Of a stretch of 64,000 nt of DNA, positions 41,452-50,236 are shown piece after piece. The translations under genes were made by a program, and so were the position numbers. Origin of the DNA: Candidatus Gorgyraea atricola (GTDB taxonomy: Bacteria; Omnitrophota; Gorgyraeia; Gorgyraeales; Gorgyraeaceae); contig JAVCCW010000010.1 of NCBI GenBank assembly GCA_030765235.1, positions 94,907-158,906 on the forward strand. Reading direction: 5' to 3'. Under the pieces are notes generated by a model. It was given only the letters and a program-made list of their open reading frames with translations, made no database searches and had not been told where the DNA came from. Each line of letters starts with the position of its first letter. Within the stretch, counting starts at the first letter, position 1.

Positions 41452-42885
41452 TTATCTCTCCTTAATTACAACATACCCTCTATAGGTTCCTATTAGCGCA
41501 TCGCCTGAGACATCGCTAATAGCACTCTTGTAGTCCTTCAGGCCCTTGATCCGTATTCTATTGATCTCGTAAATCACATCCCCTGAGCGTATACCAGACC
41601 CTTCGGCAGAACTACCTGGTTCCACCTTAATGACGATCACACCGATACTTTTGCTCAGCTTAAAACGACTCGCTATCTCAGGCGTAACCTCAGAAACCTC
41701 AAGCCCTCGCCAGAATTTACTGTCTACAGCCTCTGTCTTTACCTTTTTTCTGCTTTGCGCCAACGCAGTCTTTCCATCAGGCCTTTGGCCTATCTCTACC
41801 TCAAAAGTATGGATCTTTCTTTTTCTTATTATGCCAAGCGATGCCTTTTCACCAATATCTTTTTTCAATACCATCCTGATTAGATCCTGTGTATTCCTTA
41901 CCTTTTCATCGTCAAAAGACGCGATTATATCTCCTGGCAGCAACCCAGTCTTTTCAGCAGGACTATTTTCTAAAATCCTTGAGATCAAAACCCCAAACTT
42001 ACTATCCAATCCAAAATACTCAGCCAAATCAGAATCAACATCCTGTATGATCACGCCGAGCCAACCGTAAAGAACCTCTCGGCCCTGCTTCAAATCCTCC
42101 ATGATCCTCTTGGCTGTATTAGCAGGCACTGCAAAGCCTATGCCCTCGGACCCGCCACTCAAGGTAAATATCGCTACATTTATACCTATCACCTCTCCAT
42201 GGATATTCACAAGAGGTCCACCGCTGTTGCCTGGATTTATAGCCGCGTCAGTCTGTATTAAATCAGAATATTCTCTTGCCCTTTTGTCCGTCCTTGGAAG
42301 ACTCCTGCGCAAAGCGCTTACCACGCCCACAGTGACAGTAGGCTCAGGATTTTTTACAGCGTACGCGAATGGATTGCCGATCGCGATCGCCCAATGGCCT
42401 ATTTGCACATTATCCGAATCGCCAAGCCTCGCAACAGGAAGATCGCCTCTTGGCTCGATCTTGACAACCGCAAGATCCGAATGCACATCTGAACCTGTTA
42501 GCTGGCCTTTAAATTCCCTGCCATCCGGCAAGGTAACAGTGATCTTGTCTGCGGTGCCGACCACATGTTCATTAGTAAGGATATATCCTTCCTTATCTAT
42601 AATAACACCTGAGCCAAGGCCTGCGCGCTTAAACTCCCTGTCAGGACCAGCTACAAAAAAATCATCAAAAAAATCCTTGAAAAAATCATCCTGGAATTCC
42701 GCGAATGGATAATATCTAGTCTGATAATGCTCCACCTGTTCAATGCTTATGCTCACTACAGCTGGCCCGACCTCCTTGGAGACCTTGACAAACGAATCCT
42801 GCAGATTAAGCGCCTCCTGAGCAGGCTGGGCACTTGCGATGCATGCTATTAAAAGCAAACCCAGAATCAATGTAAATCTTTTCAA
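41452..42885 (-). CDS. htrA: Do/DegP-family periplasmic serine protease (trypsin domain + 2 PDZ)
   Basis: GSGVIIDKEGYILTNEHVV and GNSGGPL motifs. Start set to TTG (MKRFTLILGLLLIA signal peptide) 7 nt after GGAGAG, because the upstream extension is a repeat. Confidence 0.85.
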   Translation of the reverse strand: MKRFTLILGLLLIACIASAQPAQEALNLQDSFVKVSKEVGPAVVSISIEQVEHYQTRYYPFAEFQDDFFKDFFDDFFVAGPDREFKRAGLGSGVIIDKEGYILTNEHVVGTADKITVTLPDGREFKGQLTGSDVHSDLAVVKIEPRGDLPVARLGDSDNVQIGHWAIAIGNPFAYAVKNPEPTVTVGVVSALRRSLPRTDKRAREYSDLIQTDAAINPGNSGGPLVNIHGEVIGINVAIFTLSGGSEGIGFAVPANTAKRIMEDLKQGREVLYGWLGVIIQDVDSDLAEYFGLDSKFGVLISRILENSPAEKTGLLPGDIIASFDDEKVRNTQDLIRMVLKKDIGEKASLGIIRKRKIHTFEVEIGQRPDGKTALAQSRKKVKTEAVDSKFWRGLEVSEVTPEIASRFKLSKSIGVIVIKVEPGSSAEGSGIRSGDVIYEINRIRIKGLKDYKSAISDVSGDALIGTYRGYVVIKER

Positions 42886-42902
42886 CTCCGGTCTCTCCTT
42901 CT

Positions 42903-42968
42903 GTGTAATGTGTAAAGTGTAAGGTGTAATGTAATTGGGGTAGCTTGGTACATTACACATTACACAAC
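42903..42968. repeat. Family C variant palindrome (gtgtaatgtgtaaagtgtaagg...cattacacattacac)
   Basis: Imperfect inverted repeat between recA and htrA. Confidence 0.75.
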
Positions 42969-42979
42969 CGTTGTCCGTA

Positions 42980-44026
42980 CTATTTTCTCCCAGGTGTTTT
43001 AGCTAGTAAGGATTCCCTGATCTTTTTCTCGATCTCATTACTGACCTTTGTATTACTCCTTAAAAAATCCCTGGCTGATTCCCTGCCCTGGCCGATTTTT
43101 TCATTGCCAAACGTTACCCATGAGCCGGATTTTTCCAGTATCCCTGCGTCAATACCTAAGTCAAGGATCGCGCCTGTGCGCGAAATGCCCTCGTCATGCA
43201 TGATCTCAAACTCTGCTTTTTTAAAAGGCGGGGCAACCTTATTCTTCACGACCTTTGCCCTTACCCTTACGCCAACCACATTGTCCCCTGCCTTTATAGA
43301 GGTTATTCTTCTTAGATCGATCCTCACTGAAGAATAGAATTTCAATGCGCGGCCGCCAGTAGTAGTCTCTGGATTACCGAACATAACGCCGATCTTCTCC
43401 CTTATCTGGTTTATAAATATAACGCATGTGTTTGTCTTTGAGATAATAGCTGTCAGCTTACGTAATGCCTGTGACATGAGACGCGCCTGTAACCCTATGT
43501 GCCTATCACCCATCTCACCTTCTATCTCTGCCTTTGGCACAAGCGCTGCAACAGAATCAATGACGATCAAGTCCACTGCGTTCGAGCGCACAAGCATCTC
43601 TGCTATGTCCAGCGCCTGCTCGCCTGTGTCTGGCTGCGATATCAAAAGATCATCCAGGTTCACGCCTAATTTCTTGGAATAGCTCGGATCCAATGCATGC
43701 TCAGCATCTATAAACGCGGCTACTCCGCCCAGCTTCTGGGCCTGCGAAATAATACTCAGAGTCAGTGTGGTCTTCCCTCCTGCCTCAGGCCCGTATATCT
43801 CCACGACCCTGCCTCTTGGCACACCGCCAACACCCAAAGCCAGATCAAGCGGCAATGCGCCTGTTGGAATAACGTCAACTTCAAACTTTGTCTCTTTGCC
43901 AAGTCTCATGATGGCGCCCCTACCAAACTGCTTCTCGATCTGCGAAACCGCCATATCTAATGCCTTTTCCTTATTACCCTTAGCAGCAACCTTTTTCTCT
44001 TCCTTTTTCACTTCTTTCCTAACCAT
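42980..44026 (-). CDS. recA: recombinase RecA
   Basis: 348 aa; ..[22 protein letters not shown].. [10 protein letters not shown] Walker A. Confidence 0.97.
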   Translation of the reverse strand: MVRKEVKKEEKKVAAKGNKEKALDMAVSQIEKQFGRGAIMRLGKETKFEVDVIPTGALPLDLALGVGGVPRGRVVEIYGPEAGGKTTLTLSIISQAQKLGGVAAFIDAEHALDPSYSKKLGVNLDDLLISQPDTGEQALDIAEMLVRSNAVDLIVIDSVAALVPKAEIEGEMGDRHIGLQARLMSQALRKLTAIISKTNTCVIFINQIREKIGVMFGNPETTTGGRALKFYSSVRIDLRRITSIKAGDNVVGVRVRAKVVKNKVAPPFKKAEFEIMHDEGISRTGAILDLGIDAGILEKSGSWVTFGNEKIGQGRESARDFLRSNTKVSNEIEKKIRESLLAKTPGRK

Positions 44027-44253
44027 CCTACACCCCCTTTTTTCTGTTAACTTTACACTTAAACAAAGCTCCTCTTCTGTAGGCCAGGTTTAAACCTGGC
44101 CTACTTTACGCTGAAGCAAAGCTCAAGTGTAAAGTTATTATATAATCCTAACCCTATAAAGTAAAGTAAATTATCCGCCACCTCCTTTCTACATATAGTA
44201 GACACATCGAGGAGCTAATTTTCTTTCAAAAAAGATTGCTTCTATAATTCATA

Positions 44254-45507
44254 TTGCATATAATAAGACCTATGGAAATATCCTCGCATGTAATATGCAT
44301 TGGCAATGAAATTATGCTTGGCCATATTAATAACACAAATGCCCAGCATATTTCAGAGAAACTCTCCTCTATTGGCATAAAGACTGCAAAGCATCTGTCC
44401 ATTCCTGACGTTCCAAAGGTTATTATTAATTCAATAAAAAATAGTCTAGCCGATGCTAATATCGTTATAGTTACAGGTGGTCTTGGTCCTACTGTGGATG
44501 ACCTGACGCTTGACTGCATCGGAAAGGCACTGGATAGAAAACTCATCTTTAAAGACAGGGTTGCAAACCATATAAGGCAGCATTTTAAAAATCGTAAGTT
44601 AAAGATGCCAAAAAATAACCTGCGCCAGGCACTTATACCTGAAGGGGCAACCCCAATACTAAACAATATAGGCAGCGCCCCAGGCCTTATAATCCAGACA
44701 AAAGGAAAAGTCCTTATTGCATTACCAGGTGTGCCTTTTGAAATGCATGCCATGATAAAAGATACTGTGCTGGGCTTTCTTAAAAAGAGATTCTCTCCAG
44801 GCAGGCTAATAAAATCCCGCGTAATAAAAATAACAGGGCTTCCAGAGTCAAAGGTGAATGAAAAGATCGAGGACATATTGAAGCTGGGTGGCAATGTCCA
44901 GATGGGTATCTACCCTCACCCCGAAGAGATCACAGTAAAGATAACTGTGACTGACAAAAAGGCTGACGCTACAATAAAAAAGATCGAGAGAAAGATAAAA
45001 TCACGGCTGGGAAACTACATATTCGGCTATGATGAAGAGAAATTAGAAGAAGTTGTTGGCAAGCTGCTCTTAAAAAAGAAAAAAACCTTAGCAGTCGCAG
45101 AATCCTGCACAGCCGGACTTTTGGCGAGTAGAATCACAGACGTTTCTGGAAGTTCAAGGTATTTCAAGATGGGTGTAGTTACTTACAGTAATCAAGCTAA
45201 GAATAAACTTCTATATGTGCCTAAAGATACGATAAAACAACACGGCGCTGTCTCCAAACAAGTAGCAAGCGCAATGGCCAAAAACATGCGGCTATTAGCT
45301 GACGCAAGCATAGGAATCGGTATAAGCGGCATTGCAGGTCCAACCGGCGGCACCAAGAAAAAACCAGTAGGCCTAGTCTACATCGCGCTCTCAACAAAGA
45401 AAAAGACCATTTGCAAAGAATTCCGCTTCCTGGGCCAGCGAAATATCATAAAGTTTAAAGCCACTCAAGCAGCCCTTAACCTGGTGAGGCTTCATGGGCT
45501 TGTGTAA
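44254..45507 (+). CDS. cinA: competence/damage-inducible protein CinA (MoCF-binding + PncC deamidase domains)
   Basis: 417 aa; N-terminal VICIGNEIMLGHINNTNAQ..VIVTGGLGPTVDD. Confidence 0.9.
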   Translation: MHIIRPMEISSHVICIGNEIMLGHINNTNAQHISEKLSSIGIKTAKHLSIPDVPKVIINSIKNSLADANIVIVTGGLGPTVDDLTLDCIGKALDRKLIFKDRVANHIRQHFKNRKLKMPKNNLRQALIPEGATPILNNIGSAPGLIIQTKGKVLIALPGVPFEMHAMIKDTVLGFLKKRFSPGRLIKSRVIKITGLPESKVNEKIEDILKLGGNVQMGIYPHPEEITVKITVTDKKADATIKKIERKIKSRLGNYIFGYDEEKLEEVVGKLLLKKKKTLAVAESCTAGLLASRITDVSGSSRYFKMGVVTYSNQAKNKLLYVPKDTIKQHGAVSKQVASAMAKNMRLLADASIGIGISGIAGPTGGTKKKPVGLVYIALSTKKKTICKEFRFLGQRNIIKFKATQAALNLVRLHGLV

Positions 45508-45538
45508 AGTGTCAAGTGTCAGGTGTCAAGGAGGATAA

Positions 45539-45908
45539 AGTGAGAAATTACAGGTTTGATTTCGAGAAATTAGATGTGTATGAGAAAACGTTAGATTTTG
45601 CAAATAAGGTTTTTAATATTACCAAGAAATTTGATAGAGAAATTCAATATTCACTTGGAGACCAATTTCGTAGAGCCTCTCTATCTATATGTAATAATAT
45701 CGCTGAGGGCAGCGGTAGACCCAGTCAAAACGCAAAAAGACAATTTTACGGCTACGCCTTAGATTCAGCCAGAGAATGTATACCAATGATAACGTTAAGC
45801 CAAATGCAGAATCAAATTACTAAACAAGATGAAGAAGCATTAAGAGACGAATGTATAAGTATCTGTAATATGACTGGCAAGCTAAAAATGTCAACAAAGC
45901 ATCCCTGA
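45539..45908 (+). CDS. four-helix-bundle protein (23S-rRNA-intervening-sequence protein family)
   Basis: ..YRFDFEKLDVYEKTLDF..SICNNIAEGSGR.. pattern. Start placed at GTG 45539 after AAGGAGG (ORF track starts at an upstream GTG inside the repeat). Gene bracketed by inverted family C copies. Confidence 0.7.
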
Positions 45909-45944
45909 CGCATTGACACTTAACACCTGACACCTGACACTAAC

Positions 45945-46502
45945 ATGCAAACTATCCGAGCATTTGTTGCAGTTGAAATCGACCAGCCAAATAAACAAAA
46001 GCTTTCCCAAGTCATCTCTACTCTCAAGCAAGCAAACGCAGACGTAAAATGGGTCAATAAAATCCAGATGCACCTGACACTAAAGTTTCTGGGAAATATT
46101 GAAGAAAATCGCATCAAAGAAATCTCAGACACACTTAAGTCTATTGCAGATAACTTTAGCGCCTTCAACATCCACCTCTCTAAAATCGGCGCATTCCCAA
46201 ACATGCATAAACCAAGAGTCATCTGGCTTGGAATTGACAAGGGCGCACAAGACTTAAAAAACCTAGCTTCTCAGCTCGAAAAACTCGGCCCCAAAGAAGA
46301 AAAGCGTGAGTATAAAGCTCATCTCACGCTAGGCAGGGTCAAATCCTTAAAAAACATCTCTCAACTAACAAAACTTATAAACGAAACCCCCTTTCAATCC
46401 CAAGGCAACATCCCCATCACCAAACTAATCCTCTTCCAAAGCACCCTCACGCCTAAAGGTGCAATCTACTCACCCCTGACAACATTAGCTTTAAAACAAT
46501 AA
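45945..46502 (+). CDS. thpR: RNA 2',3'-cyclic phosphodiesterase (2H family, ThpR/LigT)
   Basis: Two H-x-T-x motifs (HLTLKFLG, HLTLGRV). Confidence 0.85.
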   Translation: MQTIRAFVAVEIDQPNKQKLSQVISTLKQANADVKWVNKIQMHLTLKFLGNIEENRIKEISDTLKSIADNFSAFNIHLSKIGAFPNMHKPRVIWLGIDKGAQDLKNLASQLEKLGPKEEKREYKAHLTLGRVKSLKNISQLTKLINETPFQSQGNIPITKLILFQSTLTPKGAIYSPLTTLALKQ

Positions 46503-46504
46503 AA

Positions 46505-46765
46505 TCATCTATAAATCTCTCTTCTATGACCCAGGTCAATGATGTATACGATAAGCCGATTTTTATGAACTGTATATATCACACGGTAACTTCCTACGCG
46601 CAATGAATAGTCGCCTGAAAGTTTACCTTTAAGGCTTTTAGCTTGATAGGGGTCTGTCTTTAGGGCTTCTATGGCAGAGATTAGGCGGGAATACAATTTT
46701 TTGTCTTCTTTGTAAACTTTTCGCAGTTCTTTTGCTGCTGAATTGGCAAATTCTATTTTATACAT
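46505..46765 (-). CDS. RelE/ParE-family type II toxin
   Basis: 86 aa; ..LRVGSYRVIYTVHKNRLIVYIIDLGHRREIY; overlaps antitoxin gene by 8 nt. Confidence 0.8.
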   Translation of the reverse strand: MYKIEFANSAAKELRKVYKEDKKLYSRLISAIEALKTDPYQAKSLKGKLSGDYSLRVGSYRVIYTVHKNRLIVYIIDLGHRREIYR

Positions 46766-47033
46766 CTTTCTCTATCTTTTGCCTCAGCTTAGCTAAGGAA
46801 ATAGTCTTGCCTTCCCCAATCTCCTTCTTTGCCTTTTTTATCCTTCGGGCAACGGTTTTATTAGAAAGAATTTGTATGGTCTCTAAGAGGCCTTCGTAAT
46901 CATCAGGGCTCATCATGATAGCTATAGGTTTTCCTCGCTTTGTGACAATATAGCGATCCAGCCTATCGTCAATATGCTTTATTACTTCTGGTAATTCTGG
47001 TCGTAGTTCTTTTAAGGTAATTGTGTTAACCAT
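46758..47033 (-). CDS. Phd/YefM-family antitoxin
   Basis: 91 aa; ..YIVTKRGKPIAIMMSPDDYEGLLETIQILSN. Confidence 0.8.
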   Translation of the reverse strand: MVNTITLKELRPELPEVIKHIDDRLDRYIVTKRGKPIAIMMSPDDYEGLLETIQILSNKTVARRIKKAKKEIGEGKTISLAKLRQKIEKDV

Positions 47034-47122
47034 TGCACTCCACCTCCCTCTAATATAAATTAACTCGTTTCGCTCGTAATTTATTCCAAAGGGGCTTCGC
47101 CCCTATGGCGCTCCATACAACA

Positions 47123-47152
47123 AGTATACACTAAAGAGTATACTTTGTCAAT
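47123..47152 (-). promoter_or_regulatory. promoter/operator of the TA operon (TTGACA-17-TATACT with palindromic AGTATAC-N8-GTATACT)
   Basis: Minus strand TTGACAaagtatactctttagtgTATACT; the inverted repeat overlaps -10, as expected for antitoxin autoregulation. Confidence 0.55.
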
Positions 47153-47595
47153 CAGAAAAGTCTATGCACGATCTGTAGTATCAGATTCGCATAGACGCCG
47201 GCGAGGAGGTCGTCTAGCATGATGCCTAGGCTGCCATTTAGTTTTTCCAGGTTTCTTATGGGGCGGGGTTTTATGATGTCGAAGAATCTAAAGAGGATAA
47301 AAGCTGCGACTATGTAGCCCATGGTGGGCGGCAAAAGATATAACGCCACGAGCATGCCTGCGAATTCATCTATTATGATCTCACTCGCGTCCTTGCCGCC
47401 AAGAAGCTTCTCTGTCTTTCCTGCAGTTAAAAGACCCAAGATAATACATAACACAATGCTCGCGCCCATCATCTGTGGACTATTCTTGAGGGCTCCGTAA
47501 AGAAATAGCGCGGCAAAACTCCCGATACTACCTGGGGCCACAGGAAGATAGCCTAAATAAAAAACAGTTGCGATCAGCTTACATAATCTGTTCAT
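47152..47595 (-). CDS. pgpA: phosphatidylglycerophosphatase A
   Basis: ATVFYLGYLPVAPGSIGSFAALF PgpA signature. Confidence 0.85.
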   Translation of the reverse strand: MNRLCKLIATVFYLGYLPVAPGSIGSFAALFLYGALKNSPQMMGASIVLCIILGLLTAGKTEKLLGGKDASEIIIDEFAGMLVALYLLPPTMGYIVAAFILFRFFDIIKPRPIRNLEKLNGSLGIMLDDLLAGVYANLILQIVHRLF

Positions 47596-48158
47596 CCTTC
47601 ACCCATAAAAATATTTTTATTCTTTATCATAAAAGAAATACCTGAAGCTAAAGTCATTGCTACTGTAATAAGCATCAGGATATGCACAGCACCGGCATAA
47701 TAACCGATATATTGAAGAGTAAAACCAGAATCCCTAATTATCAAAAATATCAGTATAAATAACACTGCCACTATCTGTGACACGGTCTTATGTTTTCCTG
47801 CGATTTCAGCTGAGAGTACCTTCTTTCTTGCAAGCGCCAGTGCCCTTATTCCTGTTATCACTAACTCTCTCGCAATGATCACTATTACCATCCACGCAGG
47901 TATTATCTTCATCTCAACAAATGCAAGAAATCCGCCGAGTATGAGTATCTTATCAGCAATAGGGTCCATTAGCCTGCCAAAATCAGAGATGGAATTTGTC
48001 TTTCTCGCGATCAGGCCATCATAGTAGTCTGTAATAGACGCTACTAAAAATACAGCAAGCGCAAAAAACTTAGCACCTACGCCTCTAATGAAAAGCGCCA
48101 GTATAAAGATTCCTGCTAAGATTATCCTTGATATCGTGAGTTTATTCGCTAAGTTCAT
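47592..48158 (-). CDS. pgsA: CDP-diacylglycerol--glycerol-3-phosphate 3-phosphatidyltransferase
   Basis: CDP-OH transferase motif DYYDGLIARK..DPIADK. Confidence 0.9.
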   Translation of the reverse strand: MNLANKLTISRIILAGIFILALFIRGVGAKFFALAVFLVASITDYYDGLIARKTNSISDFGRLMDPIADKILILGGFLAFVEMKIIPAWMVIVIIARELVITGIRALALARKKVLSAEIAGKHKTVSQIVAVLFILIFLIIRDSGFTLQYIGYYAGAVHILMLITVAMTLASGISFMIKNKNIFMGEG

Positions 48159-49354
48159 AAAACCTGCCCTACAAGGTCATATTCATGTGTATCTGTTATT
48201 TTTACCTTGTAAAATTCGCCTATCTTTAAATCCTTGCCACTTACATGCACAACACCGTCTACTTCTGGGGCATCGTATTCAGTCCTTGCAATATCTTTTT
48301 CATCAACTAATACCTTTAGCGTTCGACCCTTGAATCTCTCGTTTATCTCGCGCGATACTGTCTGCTGCAGCAACATCCCTTCGCTAAAGCGTCTCTCTTT
48401 TTCTTTTTCAGATATCTGGTCTTTAAGCTTATACGCTGGTGTACCTTCCTCTCTAGAATACCTGAAAATACCTAATCTTTCAAATTTAATTTCTCTGATA
48501 AATTGTAATAGCTCCTGAATTTCTTGTTCTGTCTCGCCAGGGAAACCCACAATAAATGATGTGCGTAAAGCCACGTCCGGAATCTCTTTTCTAATATACT
48601 CTATCAATGAGATAATATCTTTCTTAGTAGTCTTCCTGCCCATTTGCTTTAATATCCTGTTATTTATATGCTCGATGGGTAGGTCAATATATTTACATAT
48701 GTTCCTACTATCTCTTATGACCTTTATTGCGTCTTTTCCCAGATTTGTTGGGTGCGTGTAAAGAAGTCTTATCCATTTATCTTTTGAAATTTTATCAAGC
48801 TCTTTCAATAATTCTGCTAATTTTTGATACGCTGAAGTATCCTGGCCCACCAAGATTATCTCTTTAGCAGAACTTTCTTCAGCCTCTTTTATGATCGAAT
48901 CAATTGCCCTGGCTTTATACGGTCCTTTTAGATGCGGTATTATGCAATACGTACATCTATTCTTGCATCCTTCTGAAATTTTGATATATTTGTAATGAGC
49001 CGGGGTAAGCCTCGAAGCGTAATCATCTTTAAACGCAGAAACTACACCTCTAAATTCATCTATTTCCTTTAAGTCTTTCTGCAATTCTCTCCTGTATCTC
49101 TGCGGAAGGCATCCTGCTACTATTATTCTTTTTACTTCACCTGCTTTCTTGGCATCTATCACCTTTAAAATAGTATCTATGGATTCCTTTTTTGCGTCTT
49201 CAATAAACGCGCATGTATTTATAACCACAGTATCCACGCCAATTGCATTCTCTTTAAATGCATAGCCCTTACTTGCGAACTCGGACATAATATGTTCTGA
49301 ATCAACCAAATTTCTTGGACAACCCAGACTTATAATGCTAAATGTCTTTGTCAT
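48155..49354 (-). CDS. rimO: ribosomal protein S12 methylthiotransferase RimO
   Basis: MTTase N-domain SLGCPRNLVDSE, radical SAM CxxxCxxC, C-terminal TRAM. Start trimmed to MTKTFSIISLGC because the upstream extension is a family C repeat. Confidence 0.85.
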   Translation of the reverse strand: MTKTFSIISLGCPRNLVDSEHIMSEFASKGYAFKENAIGVDTVVINTCAFIEDAKKESIDTILKVIDAKKAGEVKRIIVAGCLPQRYRRELQKDLKEIDEFRGVVSAFKDDYASRLTPAHYKYIKISEGCKNRCTYCIIPHLKGPYKARAIDSIIKEAEESSAKEIILVGQDTSAYQKLAELLKELDKISKDKWIRLLYTHPTNLGKDAIKVIRDSRNICKYIDLPIEHINNRILKQMGRKTTKKDIISLIEYIRKEIPDVALRTSFIVGFPGETEQEIQELLQFIREIKFERLGIFRYSREEGTPAYKLKDQISEKEKERRFSEGMLLQQTVSREINERFKGRTLKVLVDEKDIARTEYDAPEVDGVVHVSGKDLKIGEFYKVKITDTHEYDLVGQVL

Positions 49355-49388
49355 AAAAATAGGGACGCTCTCCCGCCCCTCAAAATAA

Positions 49389-49421
49389 CCTGACACTTTA
49401 AGTCATACTTAAAGTGTCAGG
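49389..49421. repeat. Family C short palindrome (cctgacactttaagtcatacttaaagtgtcagg)
   Basis: Perfect 13-bp stems. Confidence 0.8.
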
Positions 49422-50150
49422 TTAAGGTTGCCTAATGCCGTCTTTTGTGATGATTAGGGTCTTTTTCTCTCCTTTTTTACCAGGGGTGCCGAGGTTTTTT
49501 CCGTTGAAGGTCAGGGTTACGCCACCAGCATTGCCCAGCTCCAGATCTATCTGCTTTTTTGCTTCCCAACTATCAGAAGCGCCCTTCTTTAATATGCCTC
49601 TAAACAAGAGCTCTTTGCCGCTGGTGACCTGGACCCACGTGTTGTAACGCGCTGCAAGTTCGACCTTAAAACTCTCTGCTACCGCCGCAACCCCGGAGGT
49701 TGCCGTGCTCGCAACCTCCGGGGTTGCGACAACGGCTTGCCCCTTATGTTTAGTGAAAAGATTCCGTATAAACCTTCCCACCTGCACAAAGCCAAAGGCA
49801 AGCAAATACACGCTGAAAATAGTCACAAGCCCGAGTCCGATCTGGCGCTTGTGTTTTAAGAACCAGTCACTTTTGGACTTTTCAGGTTTTAAGGCTAACT
49901 GAGATCCGGGCTTTTTTTCTCCACTTGACAGAAATTCTTTTACTATTCTTTCTTCAAGCGCCCCCAGGAACTGCGAATAGGATTTAATAAAGCCTCTTGC
50001 GTAAAAAGGGTCCGCTGTCTTTAAGATGCTATCTTCTTCTATTGTAGAGATTATTTTCTTAGGTATGCGCGTTCTTTCTGAGACATCTTCTATGGAGAGC
50101 TGCCTTGTTTCGCGGATCTTCTTGAGTGTTTTTCCAAGTGATTCAGGCAT
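49422..50150 (-). CDS. rodZ: RodZ-like cytoskeleton protein (HTH + TM + C-terminal DUF4115)
   Basis: N-terminal XRE HTH LKKIRETRQLSIEDVSERTRIP; single TM; C-terminal domain. Contains GC-rich palindrome at 49687-49727. Confidence 0.7.
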   Translation of the reverse strand: MPESLGKTLKKIRETRQLSIEDVSERTRIPKKIISTIEEDSILKTADPFYARGFIKSYSQFLGALEERIVKEFLSSGEKKPGSQLALKPEKSKSDWFLKHKRQIGLGLVTIFSVYLLAFGFVQVGRFIRNLFTKHKGQAVVATPEVASTATSGVAAVAESFKVELAARYNTWVQVTSGKELLFRGILKKGASDSWEAKKQIDLELGNAGGVTLTFNGKNLGTPGKKGEKKTLIITKDGIRQP

Positions 50151-50151
50151 A

Positions 50152-50236
50152 ATCGTTTAGCCCGTTAGCCCGTTGCCCGTTAGCCCGTTGACCCATTAAC
50201 GGGCAAACGGGCTAAACGGGCAACGGGCTAAACGGA
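50152..50236. repeat. Family D palindromic repeat (cccgttagcccgttgcccgtt.../...aacgggcaacgggctaaacgg)
   Basis: Half copy at 52413-52452. Confidence 0.85.

Noticed and set aside
47040-47122. Possible tRNA or small RNA in the TA/pgpA spacer (hairpin aggggcttcgcccct)
   Set aside because: No cloverleaf can be drawn and no conserved T-loop GTTC. More likely 5'-UTR structure of the TA operon.
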